This document shows, one piece after another, positions 14,881 to 24,363 of a DNA stretch of 64,000 nt (its first letter is position 1; the number at the start of each line of letters is the position of its first letter). A program made the translations under genes and the position numbers. Under the pieces are notes generated by a model. It did no database searches, was not told the DNA's origin, and saw only the letters and a program-made list of their open reading frames with translations. The stretch is from an uncultured Eubacteriales bacterium. GTDB lineage: Bacteria > Bacillota > Clostridia > Oscillospirales > Oscillospiraceae. The stretch spans positions 1,101 to 65,100 of the forward strand of contig URAL01000003.1 in NCBI GenBank assembly GCA_900545805.1, written 5' to 3'.

Positions 14881-16716
14881 ATGGATAAGCGACTTGAACG
14901 TATACTGCCGAAGGTGCAGAAGCCAGCGCGATACACCGGAGGCGAATATAATCAGATAATAAAAAACAAGGACGATATAGAGCTGCGGCTTGCTTTCTGC
15001 TTCCCTGATATTTACGAGATCGGCATGTCAAACCTCGGCATGGGTATACTGTATTCTACGATGAACGAGCTGCCGTATGTCTGGTGCGAGCGTGTGTTCG
15101 CGCCCTGGGGCGATATGTATGAGCAGATGAAGCAGCAAAATATCCCGCTGTATGCGCTCGAGAGCGGGGACCCCATATCCGAGCACGACGTGCTGGCCTT
15201 CTCAATAGGCTATGAGATGGCTTACTCCACGGTGCTCGATATGATCGACATGGCCGGTCTTCCGATACACAGTGCGGAAAGAACGGCACTCCTGCCCCTT
15301 GTGATTGCCGGAGGCACGGCGGCATTAAATCCGGAGCCCATGGCTGATTTCATCGACATTTTCCTGCTCGGCGAGGGCGAGGAGATGAACAACGAGCTGC
15401 TTGCACTTCTGCGCACGGCGAAGGCCGGGAACTGGTCAAAGCAAACGTTTTTGGAGAAAGCCGCACAGATAGGCGGCGTTCTCGTTCCGTCGTTTTACAC
15501 GCCCGTTCTTAACGGAGATAATACGATAAATCATTTTGATGTTCACCCCGGCTCGCCTAAAAGAGTAACAAAGCGCGTGATAACGGATATGGATTCGGTG
15601 CATTTCCCCCTGGCGCCTATAGTCCCGTCTACCGAGGTCGTGCACGACAGAGTCAATCTTGAGCTGTTTCGCGGCTGCATTCGCGGCTGCCGCTTCTGTC
15701 AGGCCGGACATACCTACCGCCCGATAAGAGCAAAATCGCCCGAGCTGCTCGCCGAGCAGGGCAAGGCTCTGCTGAAAAACACCGGTTGCCAGGATATAAC
15801 GCTGCTTTCACTCAGCTCGAGCGATTATCGTCATCTGTCCGACCTGTGCGATGAGCTGCTTGAATACTGCGAGCCGCGCAGCATCGGAATATCGCTTCCG
15901 TCTCTGCGTGCCGATAACTTTTCTATCGATATAATGCATCGCATTCAAAAGACGCGCAAAAGCGGCCTGACCTTCGCGCCCGAGGCAGGCAGTCAGCGTC
16001 TGCGCGACGCCATAAACAAAAACGTCAGGGAGGAGGACCTGCTGCACACCTGCCGCCTGGCGTTCGAGGGCGGATGGAATACGATAAAGCTGTATTTTAT
16101 GCTCGGACTTCCTACCGAGACGGATGAGGATATCCTCGGCATAGCGGAGCTTGCAAATCAGGTGCTGCACACATGGAGGCTTTACGCAAAGAACAAAAAC
16201 AGGGGAGTGCGCATAACCGTTTCGACATCCTGCTTTGTTCCCAAGCCTCACAGCCCGTTCCAGTGGGAGCGGCAGGTCACGATGGATGAATATATCCGAA
16301 AGGTACATCTCCTGCGCGAGAATATAAAAGCCAAAAACGTCGTCTATAACTGGCACGATCCGCAGACAAGCTACATCGAGGCGACGCTCTCACGCGGCGA
16401 CCGCCGCATGGGTAGGGTCATAGAAAACGTATGGCGTGCCGGAGGCAGACTTGAGGCATGGAGCGATTACTTCTTGTTCGGACGCTGGATGAAGGCCTTT
16501 GACGACGCAGGAGTCGACCCGACGTTCTACGCTTACCGCGAGCGCTGCGAGGACGAGGTCATGCCCTGGGACATCGTCGACGTAGGTGTGCGCAGGGCGC
16601 ATCTGTGGCATGAGCGTGAGCAGGCCTACAGGTCTGAGCTTTCGCCCGACTGCCGCAAGCAGTGCTCGGCCTGCGGCGCGGCAAAGCTCCTGAAGGGAGG
16701 AAAATGCGATGGATAA
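14881..16716 (+). CDS. radical SAM protein with an N-terminal B12-binding-like domain (TIGR03960-type)
   Basis: About 611 aa with the CxxxCxxC cluster GCIRGCRFCQAG. The conserved N-terminus is ILPKVQKPARYTGGEYN. The ATG follows a GGAGAGG RBS. Confidence 0.8.
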   Translation: MDKRLERILPKVQKPARYTGGEYNQIIKNKDDIELRLAFCFPDIYEIGMSNLGMGILYSTMNELPYVWCERVFAPWGDMYEQMKQQNIPLYALESGDPISEHDVLAFSIGYEMAYSTVLDMIDMAGLPIHSAERTALLPLVIAGGTAALNPEPMADFIDIFLLGEGEEMNNELLALLRTAKAGNWSKQTFLEKAAQIGGVLVPSFYTPVLNGDNTINHFDVHPGSPKRVTKRVITDMDSVHFPLAPIVPSTEVVHDRVNLELFRGCIRGCRFCQAGHTYRPIRAKSPELLAEQGKALLKNTGCQDITLLSLSSSDYRHLSDLCDELLEYCEPRSIGISLPSLRADNFSIDIMHRIQKTRKSGLTFAPEAGSQRLRDAINKNVREEDLLHTCRLAFEGGWNTIKLYFMLGLPTETDEDILGIAELANQVLHTWRLYAKNKNRGVRITVSTSCFVPKPHSPFQWERQVTMDEYIRKVHLLRENIKAKNVVYNWHDPQTSYIEATLSRGDRRMGRVIENVWRAGGRLEAWSDYFLFGRWMKAFDDAGVDPTFYAYRERCEDEVMPWDIVDVGVRRAHLWHEREQAYRSELSPDCRKQCSACGAAKLLKGGKCDG

Positions 16717-17368
16717 GTACAGGATGCTGTTTTCCAAAACCGGAAGAGCGGTGTATATATCGCATCTTGACCTTATGCGCACCGTGACCCGCGCATTCAT
16801 GCGTGCAGAATGTAAGCTCAAATACTCCGAGGGCTTTAACCCGCATCCCAATATATCCATTGCACTGCCGCTTTCCGTCGGCTGCGAGAGCGTGTGCGAG
16901 ATCATGGATTTTAAGATGCGCGAGGATATGACATGCGAGGAGATAAAAAGCCGCCTTGCAGATCAGTTTCCGGAGGGTATAGAGGTCATCGATGTGTATG
17001 AGGCCGGGCGCAAGGTCAAGGAGATAAAATGGCTGCGCATATCCGGCGTTTTCGAGTATGACGAGCGCGATGCGGCTGCAATGGCCGAAAAGCTCAATGA
17101 GTTTTACTCGACCGAGAGCATTGTCATAACGAAAAAGACAAAGCGCGGCATGGGCGAGAGCGATATTAGACCGGCGATAATGGAAATAGCCTTCAAGTGC
17201 AGCGGCAGCGATGTTTTGATGCACGCCGTTATCTCAGCGCAGGAGCCCACGCTCAATCCTGAGCTCATAGCCGACGCTTTGCGTCAGCTTGCACCCGATA
17301 TCGCGCCGGATTTTGCGAAATTCAGGCGGCTTGAGATATTCGATGAAAATATGCAGGTTTTCCGCTGA
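16709..17368 (+). CDS. radical SAM-associated DUF2344 protein (TIGR03936-type)
   Basis: 219 aa starting MDKYRMLFSKTGRAVYISHLDLMRT... It overlaps the radical SAM gene by 8 nt. An AGGGAGGAAAA RBS is present. Confidence 0.7.
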   Translation: MDKYRMLFSKTGRAVYISHLDLMRTVTRAFMRAECKLKYSEGFNPHPNISIALPLSVGCESVCEIMDFKMREDMTCEEIKSRLADQFPEGIEVIDVYEAGRKVKEIKWLRISGVFEYDERDAAAMAEKLNEFYSTESIVITKKTKRGMGESDIRPAIMEIAFKCSGSDVLMHAVISAQEPTLNPELIADALRQLAPDIAPDFAKFRRLEIFDENMQVFR

Positions 17369-17374
17369 AAATGC

Positions 17375-17403
17375 TTGCATTTCAAGGCTCTTTGTGGTAA
17401 CAT
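17375..17403 (+). promoter_or_regulatory. sigma-A promoter for rplS
   Basis: TTGCAT, a 17-nt spacer, then TGgTAACAT (extended -10). Confidence 0.55.
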
Positions 17404-17503
17404 ATCATGGCTTGCGTACATCGCAGGCTATCAAGCGGTCCTCTGCCGAGGCCGAAAGGGAGCCCTCCGGCACGAACGCCTAAAGTAAAGGAAGGATTAG
17501 ACT
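17404..17503 (+). promoter_or_regulatory. possible rplS 5' leader (L19-leader-like autoregulatory element)
   Basis: 100-nt GC-rich 5' UTR with GAAA-capped pairing (GCCGAGG..CCTCCGGC) directly upstream of rplS. The family assignment has not been verified. Confidence 0.3.
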
Positions 17504-17845
17504 ATGGATCTGATCAAAATTCTCAGCGAGCAGTACATGAAGCCCGAGCTGCCCGAGCTCAACGTCGGCGATACCGTCCGTATCACCGTTCGCGTAAAGG
17601 AAGGCAGCCGTGAGCGCAACCAGGCATTCGAAGGCACCATCATTGCCAAGAAGCATGGCGGCATCAACGAGACCATCACCGTCCGCCGCATCTCCTACGG
17701 TGTAGGCTGCGAGAAGGTCTTCCCCGTACACTCTCCCTCCATCGTCTCCGTAGAGACAGTTCGCCGCGGCAAGGTCCGCAGGGCAAAGCTGTACTACCTG
17801 CGCGAGCGCGTCGGCAAGAGAGCAAAGGTCAAGGAGCGCCTGTAA
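17504..17845 (+). CDS. rplS: 50S ribosomal protein L19
   Basis: 113 aa with [37 protein letters not shown]... and an AAGGAAGGA RBS. Confidence 0.95.
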   Translation: MDLIKILSEQYMKPELPELNVGDTVRITVRVKEGSRERNQAFEGTIIAKKHGGINETITVRRISYGVGCEKVFPVHSPSIVSVETVRRGKVRRAKLYYLRERVGKRAKVKERL

Positions 17846-17868
17846 GCGCCCGACCTGTCAACCGGTCC

Positions 17869-17896
17869 AAAAAAAGCGGCATAAGCCGCTTTTTTT
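17869..17896 (+). terminator. intrinsic terminator after rplS
   Basis: A-run, stem AAGCGGC/GCCGCTT with loop ATAA, then a T-run. Confidence 0.8.
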
Positions 17897-17897
17897 G

Positions 17898-17927
17898 TTG
17901 CCTAAATACAGCATTATCGTGTATAAT
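17898..17927 (+). promoter_or_regulatory. sigma-A promoter for lepB-rbgA-rnhB
   Basis: TTGCCT, an 18-nt spacer, then TATAAT. Confidence 0.5.
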
Positions 17928-17958
17928 ATATTGATAAACTCATCAAGAGGTAATTCAA

Positions 17959-18540
17959 ATGAAAAAAACTAATGATAGGGTCAAAAAGCCTGAAGCAGTA
18001 AAGACCGAGACTACGACGAGAGGCGAGATATACGACTGGATGCAGAGCCTTGTGTTCGCGCTTATCATCTGCATCATCGTATTTGTGTTCATCTTCAGAA
18101 TTGTCGACGTTAGCGGTGATTCGATGAATCCCACGCTGCTTAACGGCGACAAGCTCGTCGTATCCGACGTTTTTTATAAGCCCAAGCAGGGCGATATCGT
18201 CATTTTCCGCAAGGATGAGTACAAGGCCGAGGCACTGGTCAAGCGTGTCATCGCTACCGAGGGTCAGACTATCGAGATAGACTTTGACCGCGGCAGGGTC
18301 TATGTCGACGGCGAGCTCCTTGACGAGCCGTATATTGCCGAGCCCACGCACAATCAGCTTGACTTCCAAGGGCCGCAGACCGTTCCCGAGGGCTGTGTAT
18401 TCGTCATGGGCGATAACCGCAACGCATCGTCAGACAGCCGCAGGGCGCAGATCGGCATGGTCGATGAACGCCTTATAGTAGGCAAGGTGCTGCTGCGTGT
18501 GTTCCCATTTGATTCCATCGGCGTTCCCGACGGTGAATAA
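17959..18540 (+). CDS. lepB: signal peptidase I
   Basis: 193 aa with an N-terminal TM segment, the catalytic motifs SGDSMNPTL and KRVIA, and GDNRNASSDSR. Confidence 0.92.
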   Translation: MKKTNDRVKKPEAVKTETTTRGEIYDWMQSLVFALIICIIVFVFIFRIVDVSGDSMNPTLLNGDKLVVSDVFYKPKQGDIVIFRKDEYKAEALVKRVIATEGQTIEIDFDRGRVYVDGELLDEPYIAEPTHNQLDFQGPQTVPEGCVFVMGDNRNASSDSRRAQIGMVDERLIVGKVLLRVFPFDSIGVPDGE

Positions 18541-18541
18541 T

Positions 18542-19411
18542 ATGGACGGCGTAAACTACGAAAAAATGAATATCCAGTGGTTTCCCGGCCACATGACGAA
18601 GGCTCAGCGTATGATAGAGGACAGCATAAAACAGGTCGATGCCGTGTGCGAGATCCTCGATGCGCGCATACCTAACTCCAGCCGAAACCCTGATATCGAC
18701 CGTCTCGCCGCCGGAAAGCCTAGACTTATCATACTCAACCGAACTGATCTTGCAGACCCAAGTATAACTGCACAGTGGCGCGAGTTTTTTGAAGCGCAGG
18801 GCATAAAAATCCTAGAAACGGATGCAAAGTCCGGCAAGGGAGTAAGCGGCTTTGTTCCGGCTCTGAGCGAGCTTTTGAAGGACAAAATTGCCAGCTACGC
18901 CGCAAAGGGGCAGGTGAACCGCCCCATGCGAGTTATGATCCTCGGTATACCGAATGTCGGCAAATCAACATTCATTAACAAGATCGCCAAGCGCAAGGCC
19001 GCTATAGCCGGCGATAAGCCCGGTGTGACGCGCGGCAAGCAGTGGATCAATATCGATAAGGGGCTCGACCTTTTGGACACTCCGGGCATTCTTTGGCCTA
19101 AGTTTGATTCGCAGGAGGTTGGCGAGATGCTGGCCATTACGAATGCAATAAAGGCCGATGTGCTCGATAAGGAGACGCTGGCTGCAAACTTCATGCTGCG
19201 TCTGAGGGAAATGTACCCCGAGGCGCTTACGGCGCGATACAAGCTTGAGCCCGATCCCGAGGCAAACGGCTTTGAGCTGCTTGAGCAGGCCGCAAAAAAG
19301 CGCGGCTTTCTTATATCCAAGGGCGAATACGATATTGAACGCATGGCGAATACGCTGCTTGGCGAGTACCATGACGGAAAGCTTGGCAGAATAAGCTTGG
19401 AGAAACCGTGA
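18542..19411 (+). CDS. rbgA: ribosome biogenesis GTPase A (YlqF/RbgA)
   Basis: IQWFPGHMTKA, a circularly permuted GTPase (NRTDL...GIPNVGKST...DTPG). The start could be ATG 18542 or ATG 18566 (MNIQWFPGHM). Confidence 0.9.
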   Translation: MDGVNYEKMNIQWFPGHMTKAQRMIEDSIKQVDAVCEILDARIPNSSRNPDIDRLAAGKPRLIILNRTDLADPSITAQWREFFEAQGIKILETDAKSGKGVSGFVPALSELLKDKIASYAAKGQVNRPMRVMILGIPNVGKSTFINKIAKRKAAIAGDKPGVTRGKQWINIDKGLDLLDTPGILWPKFDSQEVGEMLAITNAIKADVLDKETLAANFMLRLREMYPEALTARYKLEPDPEANGFELLEQAAKKRGFLISKGEYDIERMANTLLGEYHDGKLGRISLEKP

Positions 19412-20010
19412 TGACAGAGCTTTGGGAGCTTGAAAACGAGATATATGACAGTGGAGTCGAGCTTATATGCGGCGTCGATGAAGCCGGACGCGGCCCGCTG
19501 GCGGGTCCTGTTTGCGCCGCAGCGGTAATCCTTCCGCGAGGACTTGAGATAGAAGGGCTCAACGACTCAAAAAAGCTCAGCGAGAAGAAGCGGGACAAGC
19601 TGTTTGACGCGATCTGCGCCGAGGCCGTGAGCTACGGCATAGCCTTTGCGAGTGTCGAGGAGATTGAAGAGATAAATATATTGAACGCCGCTATGCTTGC
19701 AATGAACAGGGCCATCGAAAGGCTGTCGGTAAAGCCCGCACTCGCGCTCGTTGACGGGAATCGTAATTCCGCAATAAAAATGCCGAGCCGCTGCGTCGTA
19801 AAGGGCGACGCTAAATGTGCCGACATTGCCGCGGCGTCGATACTGGCCAAGGTCACCCGTGACCGATATATGCTTGAAATGGCGGAAAAGTATCCGGAGT
19901 ATCATTTTGAAAAGCACAAGGGCTACGGCACGAAGCTTCACTATGAGGCCCTGCGCGAGTACGGACCATGCGAGATACACCGCCCGAGCTTTTTGAGGAA
20001 AATGCACTGA
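19411..20010 (+). CDS. rnhB: ribonuclease HII
   Basis: GVDEAGRGPLAGPV and DSKKLS motifs. The ATG overlaps the rbgA stop (TGATG). An in-frame GTG lies at 19408. Confidence 0.92.
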   Translation: MTELWELENEIYDSGVELICGVDEAGRGPLAGPVCAAAVILPRGLEIEGLNDSKKLSEKKRDKLFDAICAEAVSYGIAFASVEEIEEINILNAAMLAMNRAIERLSVKPALALVDGNRNSAIKMPSRCVVKGDAKCADIAAASILAKVTRDRYMLEMAEKYPEYHFEKHKGYGTKLHYEALREYGPCEIHRPSFLRKMH

Positions 20011-20369
20011 TGGCAGAGGAAAAACTCGGCGCTTTCGGTGAGCGTAAGGCCGCAAATTATCTGCGGCTGCACGGATACAGGATAGTTGACACTAACTGCC
20101 GCTACAGGCAGGGCGAGATCGATATAATCGCAAAACGCTGTGATTACATAGTTTTTGTTGAGGTGAAGCTCAGGAAAAACAACGCCTTCGGCGAGGCGCG
20201 AGAATTTGTAACCCCGGCAAAGCAGCAGCGCATTATCATGGCTGCGCAGCTTTGGCTTCAGACGCACGAGACTGAGCTTCAGCCGCGCTTTGACGTTATA
20301 GAGGTTTACGCTCCTGAGGGCGTATATTCAAAAAAAGTTATTATTAATCACATAGAAAACGCATTTTGA
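20010..20369 (+). CDS. YraN family (UPF0102) endonuclease-like protein
   Basis: 119 aa with GERKAANYLRLHGYRIVDTNCRYRQGEIDIIA...VEVK. The ATG overlaps the rnhB stop. Confidence 0.8.
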   Translation: MAEEKLGAFGERKAANYLRLHGYRIVDTNCRYRQGEIDIIAKRCDYIVFVEVKLRKNNAFGEAREFVTPAKQQRIIMAAQLWLQTHETELQPRFDVIEVYAPEGVYSKKVIINHIENAF

Positions 20370-20387
20370 TCGGAAAGGAGTGTGTTT

Positions 20388-21869
20388 ATGTTATATTTCA
20401 GCACAAGAAACTCGAAAGAAAAGGTGACTGCATCTCAGGCGATATCCCGCGGTCTTGCACCCGACGGCGGACTGTATGTTCCCGAAAGTCTGCCGCAGCT
20501 TACCCTGAATGATATAAAAGCTCTGGGCAGGGAGGACTACCGCGGAAGAGCCCTCGGAATAATGAAGCCTTTCCTTGACGAATTTTCAGAGACTGAGCTC
20601 AAAGCGATGGTATCCCGTGCATACGGCGATAATTTTGACAGCAAAAGCACTGCTCCGGTGCATTTTCTTGACGATAATACCGCTGTGCTTGAGCTTTGGC
20701 ACGGACCGACCTGCGCGTTTAAGGACATGGCTCTTCAAATGCTTCCTCATCTTCTGACAGCCTCGCTCAAAAAGTGCGGTGAAAAGCGCAAGGTCTGTAT
20801 CCTTGTTGCCACCAGCGGCGATACGGGTAAGGCGGCGCTTGAGGGCTTTGCCGATGTTGAAAACACAAAAATCCTTGTGTTTTATCCGCACAACGGCGTA
20901 TCGGATGTACAGCAGCTGCAAATGGTGACTCAGACCGGTAAAAACGTCAGCGTAGCCGCCGTGCGCGGCAACTTTGACGATGCGCAGACCGGCGTAAAGC
21001 AGATATTCGGCGATAAGGAATTTGCCGAAAAGCTCAGCGAAAACGGATGGTTCCTCTCATCGGCAAACTCTATAAACTGGGGCAGACTTCTGCCGCAGAT
21101 AGTTTACTATTTCTCCGCCTACTGCGACTATGCAAATTCCGGCCGGATAAGCTACGGCGATAAGCTCGACTTCGTCGTACCCACAGGCAACTTCGGAAAT
21201 ATTCTGGCCTGCTGGTACGCAAAGAGCATGGGGCTGCCCGTCGGCAAGCTCATCTGTGCGTCGAATCAGAACAATGTACTTGCCGATTTCTTCGCGTGCG
21301 GCGTGTATGACCGCAACAGGACGTTCTATACGACAATATCCCCGTCAATGGATATCCTTGTCTCCAGCAACCTTGAAAGGCTGCTGTACTCAGTCTGCAA
21401 AAGCGATACGGAAGTAGCCTCTTATATGACGGAACTTGCGAAAACAGGTGAGTACGAGGTCTCCGACGCGATAAAGGCCGTTATAAATGAGTATTTTGTC
21501 GGAGGTTATTGCTCGGACGACGATACAAAAGAGGCAATAAATAAGGTCTATACCGAAAACGGCTACCTTATGGATACCCATACAGCCGTTGCTTATAAAA
21601 AGCTTGCCGACTACCGTAAAGACACCGGCAGCTCCTCACCGGCGGTCGTTGTCTCGACTGCAAGCCCTTATAAATTCTGCGACAGCGTTCTCAGCGCGTT
21701 GGGGCAGGAAACAAACGCTCCGGGGACTGAGCTTATTGAGAAGCTTTCGGAAACTACGAAAACGGCAGTACCAAAGCCGCTTGCCGGACTTGATAAGCGC
21801 GAAAAGCGCTTCGGCCTTGTCGTTGATAAGCAGGATATGAAGGCCGTCGTCGAGGGTTTTCTTAAATAA
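20388..21869 (+). CDS. thrC: threonine synthase
   Basis: About 493 aa starting MLYFSTRN, with GLAPDGGLYVPE and the PLP lysine context GPTCAFKDMALQ. Confidence 0.9.
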   Translation: MLYFSTRNSKEKVTASQAISRGLAPDGGLYVPESLPQLTLNDIKALGREDYRGRALGIMKPFLDEFSETELKAMVSRAYGDNFDSKSTAPVHFLDDNTAVLELWHGPTCAFKDMALQMLPHLLTASLKKCGEKRKVCILVATSGDTGKAALEGFADVENTKILVFYPHNGVSDVQQLQMVTQTGKNVSVAAVRGNFDDAQTGVKQIFGDKEFAEKLSENGWFLSSANSINWGRLLPQIVYYFSAYCDYANSGRISYGDKLDFVVPTGNFGNILACWYAKSMGLPVGKLICASNQNNVLADFFACGVYDRNRTFYTTISPSMDILVSSNLERLLYSVCKSDTEVASYMTELAKTGEYEVSDAIKAVINEYFVGGYCSDDDTKEAINKVYTENGYLMDTHTAVAYKKLADYRKDTGSSSPAVVVSTASPYKFCDSVLSALGQETNAPGTELIEKLSETTKTAVPKPLAGLDKREKRFGLVVDKQDMKAVVEGFLK

Positions 21870-21884
21870 CAAACAAAATATGTA

Positions 21885-21932
21885 GGGGCTTTCGCCCCGA
21901 TTAAGCTGACGGAAGCCGAAGGCCCGTCAGCT
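21885..21932. terminator. two tandem GC-rich hairpins between convergent thrC and the DUF1540 gene
   Basis: The first is GGGGC-TTTC-GCCCC. The second has the 9-bp stem AGCTGACGG/CCGTCAGCT. U-tracts are poor on the + strand and moderate on the - strand. Confidence 0.4.
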
Positions 21933-21937
21933 CAAGC

Positions 21938-22120
21938 TTAGTCGCAGCAGCCGCGCGGACAGAAGGTAGAGCAAAAGGTCTCGGACTTGGTCGTGGCCTT
22001 ATCGTTCTGCACCTTGATCTGTGCGGCCGAGCACTTGCAGTCAATTGTGTTGTACTTGCAGCTTGATACATCGCATCCGACACCCGTGATCTGACTTGAG
22101 CTCATCTTCTTGTTGTTCAT
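21938..22120 (-). CDS. small cysteine-rich DUF1540-like protein
   Basis: 60 aa with VGCDVSSCKYNTIDCKCSAAQIKV, which resembles the DUF1540 Cys pattern, and a C-terminal FCSTFCPRGCC. A GGAGG RBS lies 7 nt upstream. Confidence 0.6.
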   Translation of the reverse strand: MNNKKMSSSQITGVGCDVSSCKYNTIDCKCSAAQIKVQNDKATTKSETFCSTFCPRGCCD

Positions 22121-22195
22121 TTTCTTACCTCCAGAGAGTATTGTCCTCAGACATTATTATTTTTGACTATAATTTCAGTTTTATACGGAGGCAGC

Positions 22196-22882
22196 ATGTC
22201 TTTATATACTATCGGCGATACTCACCTGTCGCTCGGAACAAATAAACCAATGGACGTTTTCGGCGGGCGCTGGGAAAACTATGTTCAGAAGCTCAACGAA
22301 GGATTTGCCGAGCTCAATGATGACGATCTCACCGTTTTGTGCGGAGATATCACCTGGGGAATGACTATGGACGAGGCTTTGCCCGACTTTAAATTCATCG
22401 ATGCGCTGCCCGGGAGAAAGATAATCCTTAAGGGCAACCACGATTACTGGTGGACAACTGCGACAAAGGCACGCAGCTTTTTTGCAAAGCACGATATAAA
22501 TACGATTGATGTCATGCACAATTCAAGCTTTGAATATGACGGAGTTTCAATCTGCGGCACTCGCGGCTGGTTTTATGAGGAGAGCAAGGGTGCTGAGCAC
22601 GATAAAAAGATAATGAACCGCGAAATCATGCGGCTTGAAGCGTCGCTAAAGGCCGCATCAACCGACGAGATTTATGTATTCCTGCATTATCCGCCTAAAT
22701 ATATGAATTATACATGCCCGGAGATACTGGAGCTTTTGAAAAAATATAATGTGAAGCGCTGCTGCTACGGGCATATCCACGGCGCAGGCTGTCAATTTGC
22801 CTTCAACGGCATGCTCGGAGGCATTGATTTCATGCTCGTTTCAGCCGATCATGTTAAATTCAGACCTGTAAAACTGATTTGA
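22196..22882 (+). CDS. metallophosphoesterase (calcineurin-like)
   Basis: MSLYTIGDTHLS, GDITWG, GNHDYWW and GHIHG motifs, with a GGAGG RBS. Confidence 0.8.
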   Translation: MSLYTIGDTHLSLGTNKPMDVFGGRWENYVQKLNEGFAELNDDDLTVLCGDITWGMTMDEALPDFKFIDALPGRKIILKGNHDYWWTTATKARSFFAKHDINTIDVMHNSSFEYDGVSICGTRGWFYEESKGAEHDKKIMNREIMRLEASLKAASTDEIYVFLHYPPKYMNYTCPEILELLKKYNVKRCCYGHIHGAGCQFAFNGMLGGIDFMLVSADHVKFRPVKLI

Positions 22883-22984
22883 CAGTACCTTCGATTGGTA
22901 AGTTCAAAGAAAATAATTGCTTTTGACTGAAATATCTGTTATTATGTTTTGGTCTATGTGAATTATATTAGGAGGAATATATAA

Positions 22985-24304
22985 ATGTTAGTCAAGAACG
23001 TAGAAAAGAAAGACTCCAAGACCGCAAGCTTTCAGGTCGAAGTCGATGCCAAGGAATTCGACGAGGCCGTAAACAAGGCATTCAATAAGAACAAGGGCAG
23101 CATATCCATCCCCGGCTTCAGACAGGGCAAGGCTCCCCGCGCCGTTGTTGAGGGCATGTACGGTCACGATGTTTTTTATCAGGATGCTATCGACGAGCTC
23201 GTTGCTCCCGCATACGAGCACGGATACGATAACTGCGGCCTGAAGATAATAGGCAAGCCCGCAGTCTCGAACGTGGACCTTTCCGACGATAAGGTTCTCA
23301 CCCTGACCTTTGATGTTGAGCTCTACCCCGAGGTCACCCTCGGCGAGTACAAGAACCTCAGCGCGGTTAAGGAGACTTACATTATCACCGAAGAGGACGT
23401 AGACGGCCAGATCGACGGCGTCCGCAAGCGCAACGGCCGCGTTATCGACCTTGAGCGTGAGGCTCAGATGGGCGATACGGCTGATATCGACTTTGAAGGC
23501 ACTCTTGACGGTGTCCCCTTTGACGGCGGCAAGGCTGAGGGCTATGAGCTTGAGCTCGGCTCGAACACCTTTGTTCCCGGCTTTGAGGAGCAGATTGTCG
23601 GCATGAACATCGGCGATGAGAAGGATATAAACATCACCTTCCCCGAGGATTACGCGGCGGAGCTGGCAGGCAAGGACGTCGTATTTAAGGTCAAGCTCAA
23701 CGGCCTGTCCATGACCGAGCTGCCCGAGCTCGATGACGATTTTGTTCAGGACGTTTCCGAGTTCAACACAGTTGAGGAATACAGAGCAGACACCCGCAAG
23801 GATATGGAGCGCGTTATGGATCAGCAGATGGATGCAAAGTTCCGCACCGCTATCATGACCAAGGCCTGCGATAACATGACTGTTGAAATCCCCGAGAGCA
23901 TGATGCAGGAGAAAATCGATGAGCTCATCCGCAGCTATGCGGCAAACTTCGGCCTGACTGACCCGAAGATGAGCACCGACGATATCAAGAAGATGATGGG
24001 GCTCGATGAAGAGGCCATCAACGCTACAATCCGTCCAGCTGCCGAGTATCAGGTAAAGCAGGATCTGCTTCTCAACGCCATAGTTGAGGCAGAGAACATT
24101 GAAGTCACCGACGAAGAGCTTGAGGACTACATCAAGGGCGCTGCCGAGTCTGTCGGCACTGACGCCGATCATATCCGCCAGTACTTCGGCGAGGAATATA
24201 TTAAAAACGAGTTCAAGAAAGAAAAAGCGACCAAGATAGTTATAGAGTCGGCTACTGAGGAAGCTCCCTCCGAGGAGCCCTCCGAGGAGAAAGAGGCCGA
24301 ATAA
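22985..24304 (+). CDS. tig: trigger factor
   Basis: 439 aa with IPGFRQGKAPRAVVE in the N-terminal domain, an FKBP-like middle domain and an acidic C-terminus. Confidence 0.93.
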   Translation: MLVKNVEKKDSKTASFQVEVDAKEFDEAVNKAFNKNKGSISIPGFRQGKAPRAVVEGMYGHDVFYQDAIDELVAPAYEHGYDNCGLKIIGKPAVSNVDLSDDKVLTLTFDVELYPEVTLGEYKNLSAVKETYIITEEDVDGQIDGVRKRNGRVIDLEREAQMGDTADIDFEGTLDGVPFDGGKAEGYELELGSNTFVPGFEEQIVGMNIGDEKDINITFPEDYAAELAGKDVVFKVKLNGLSMTELPELDDDFVQDVSEFNTVEEYRADTRKDMERVMDQQMDAKFRTAIMTKACDNMTVEIPESMMQEKIDELIRSYAANFGLTDPKMSTDDIKKMMGLDEEAINATIRPAAEYQVKQDLLLNAIVEAENIEVTDEELEDYIKGAAESVGTDADHIRQYFGEEYIKNEFKKEKATKIVIESATEEAPSEEPSEEKEAE

Positions 24305-24363
24305 TCTATCTCGTTTAAGGATATGATCTCCACACGGTAAGCTGAAGAAAGGAGACGTTAAAA

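Noticed and set aside
24305-24363. I looked for CtsR operators (GGTCAAA direct repeats) and CIRCE elements upstream of clpP, clpX and lon.
   Set aside because: None is present in the tig-clpP, clpP-clpX or clpX-lon intergenic regions. The only feature is a hairpin, TGGGGGAAC-AGAGC-GTTCCCCCA, at 24957-24979, with no U-tract.
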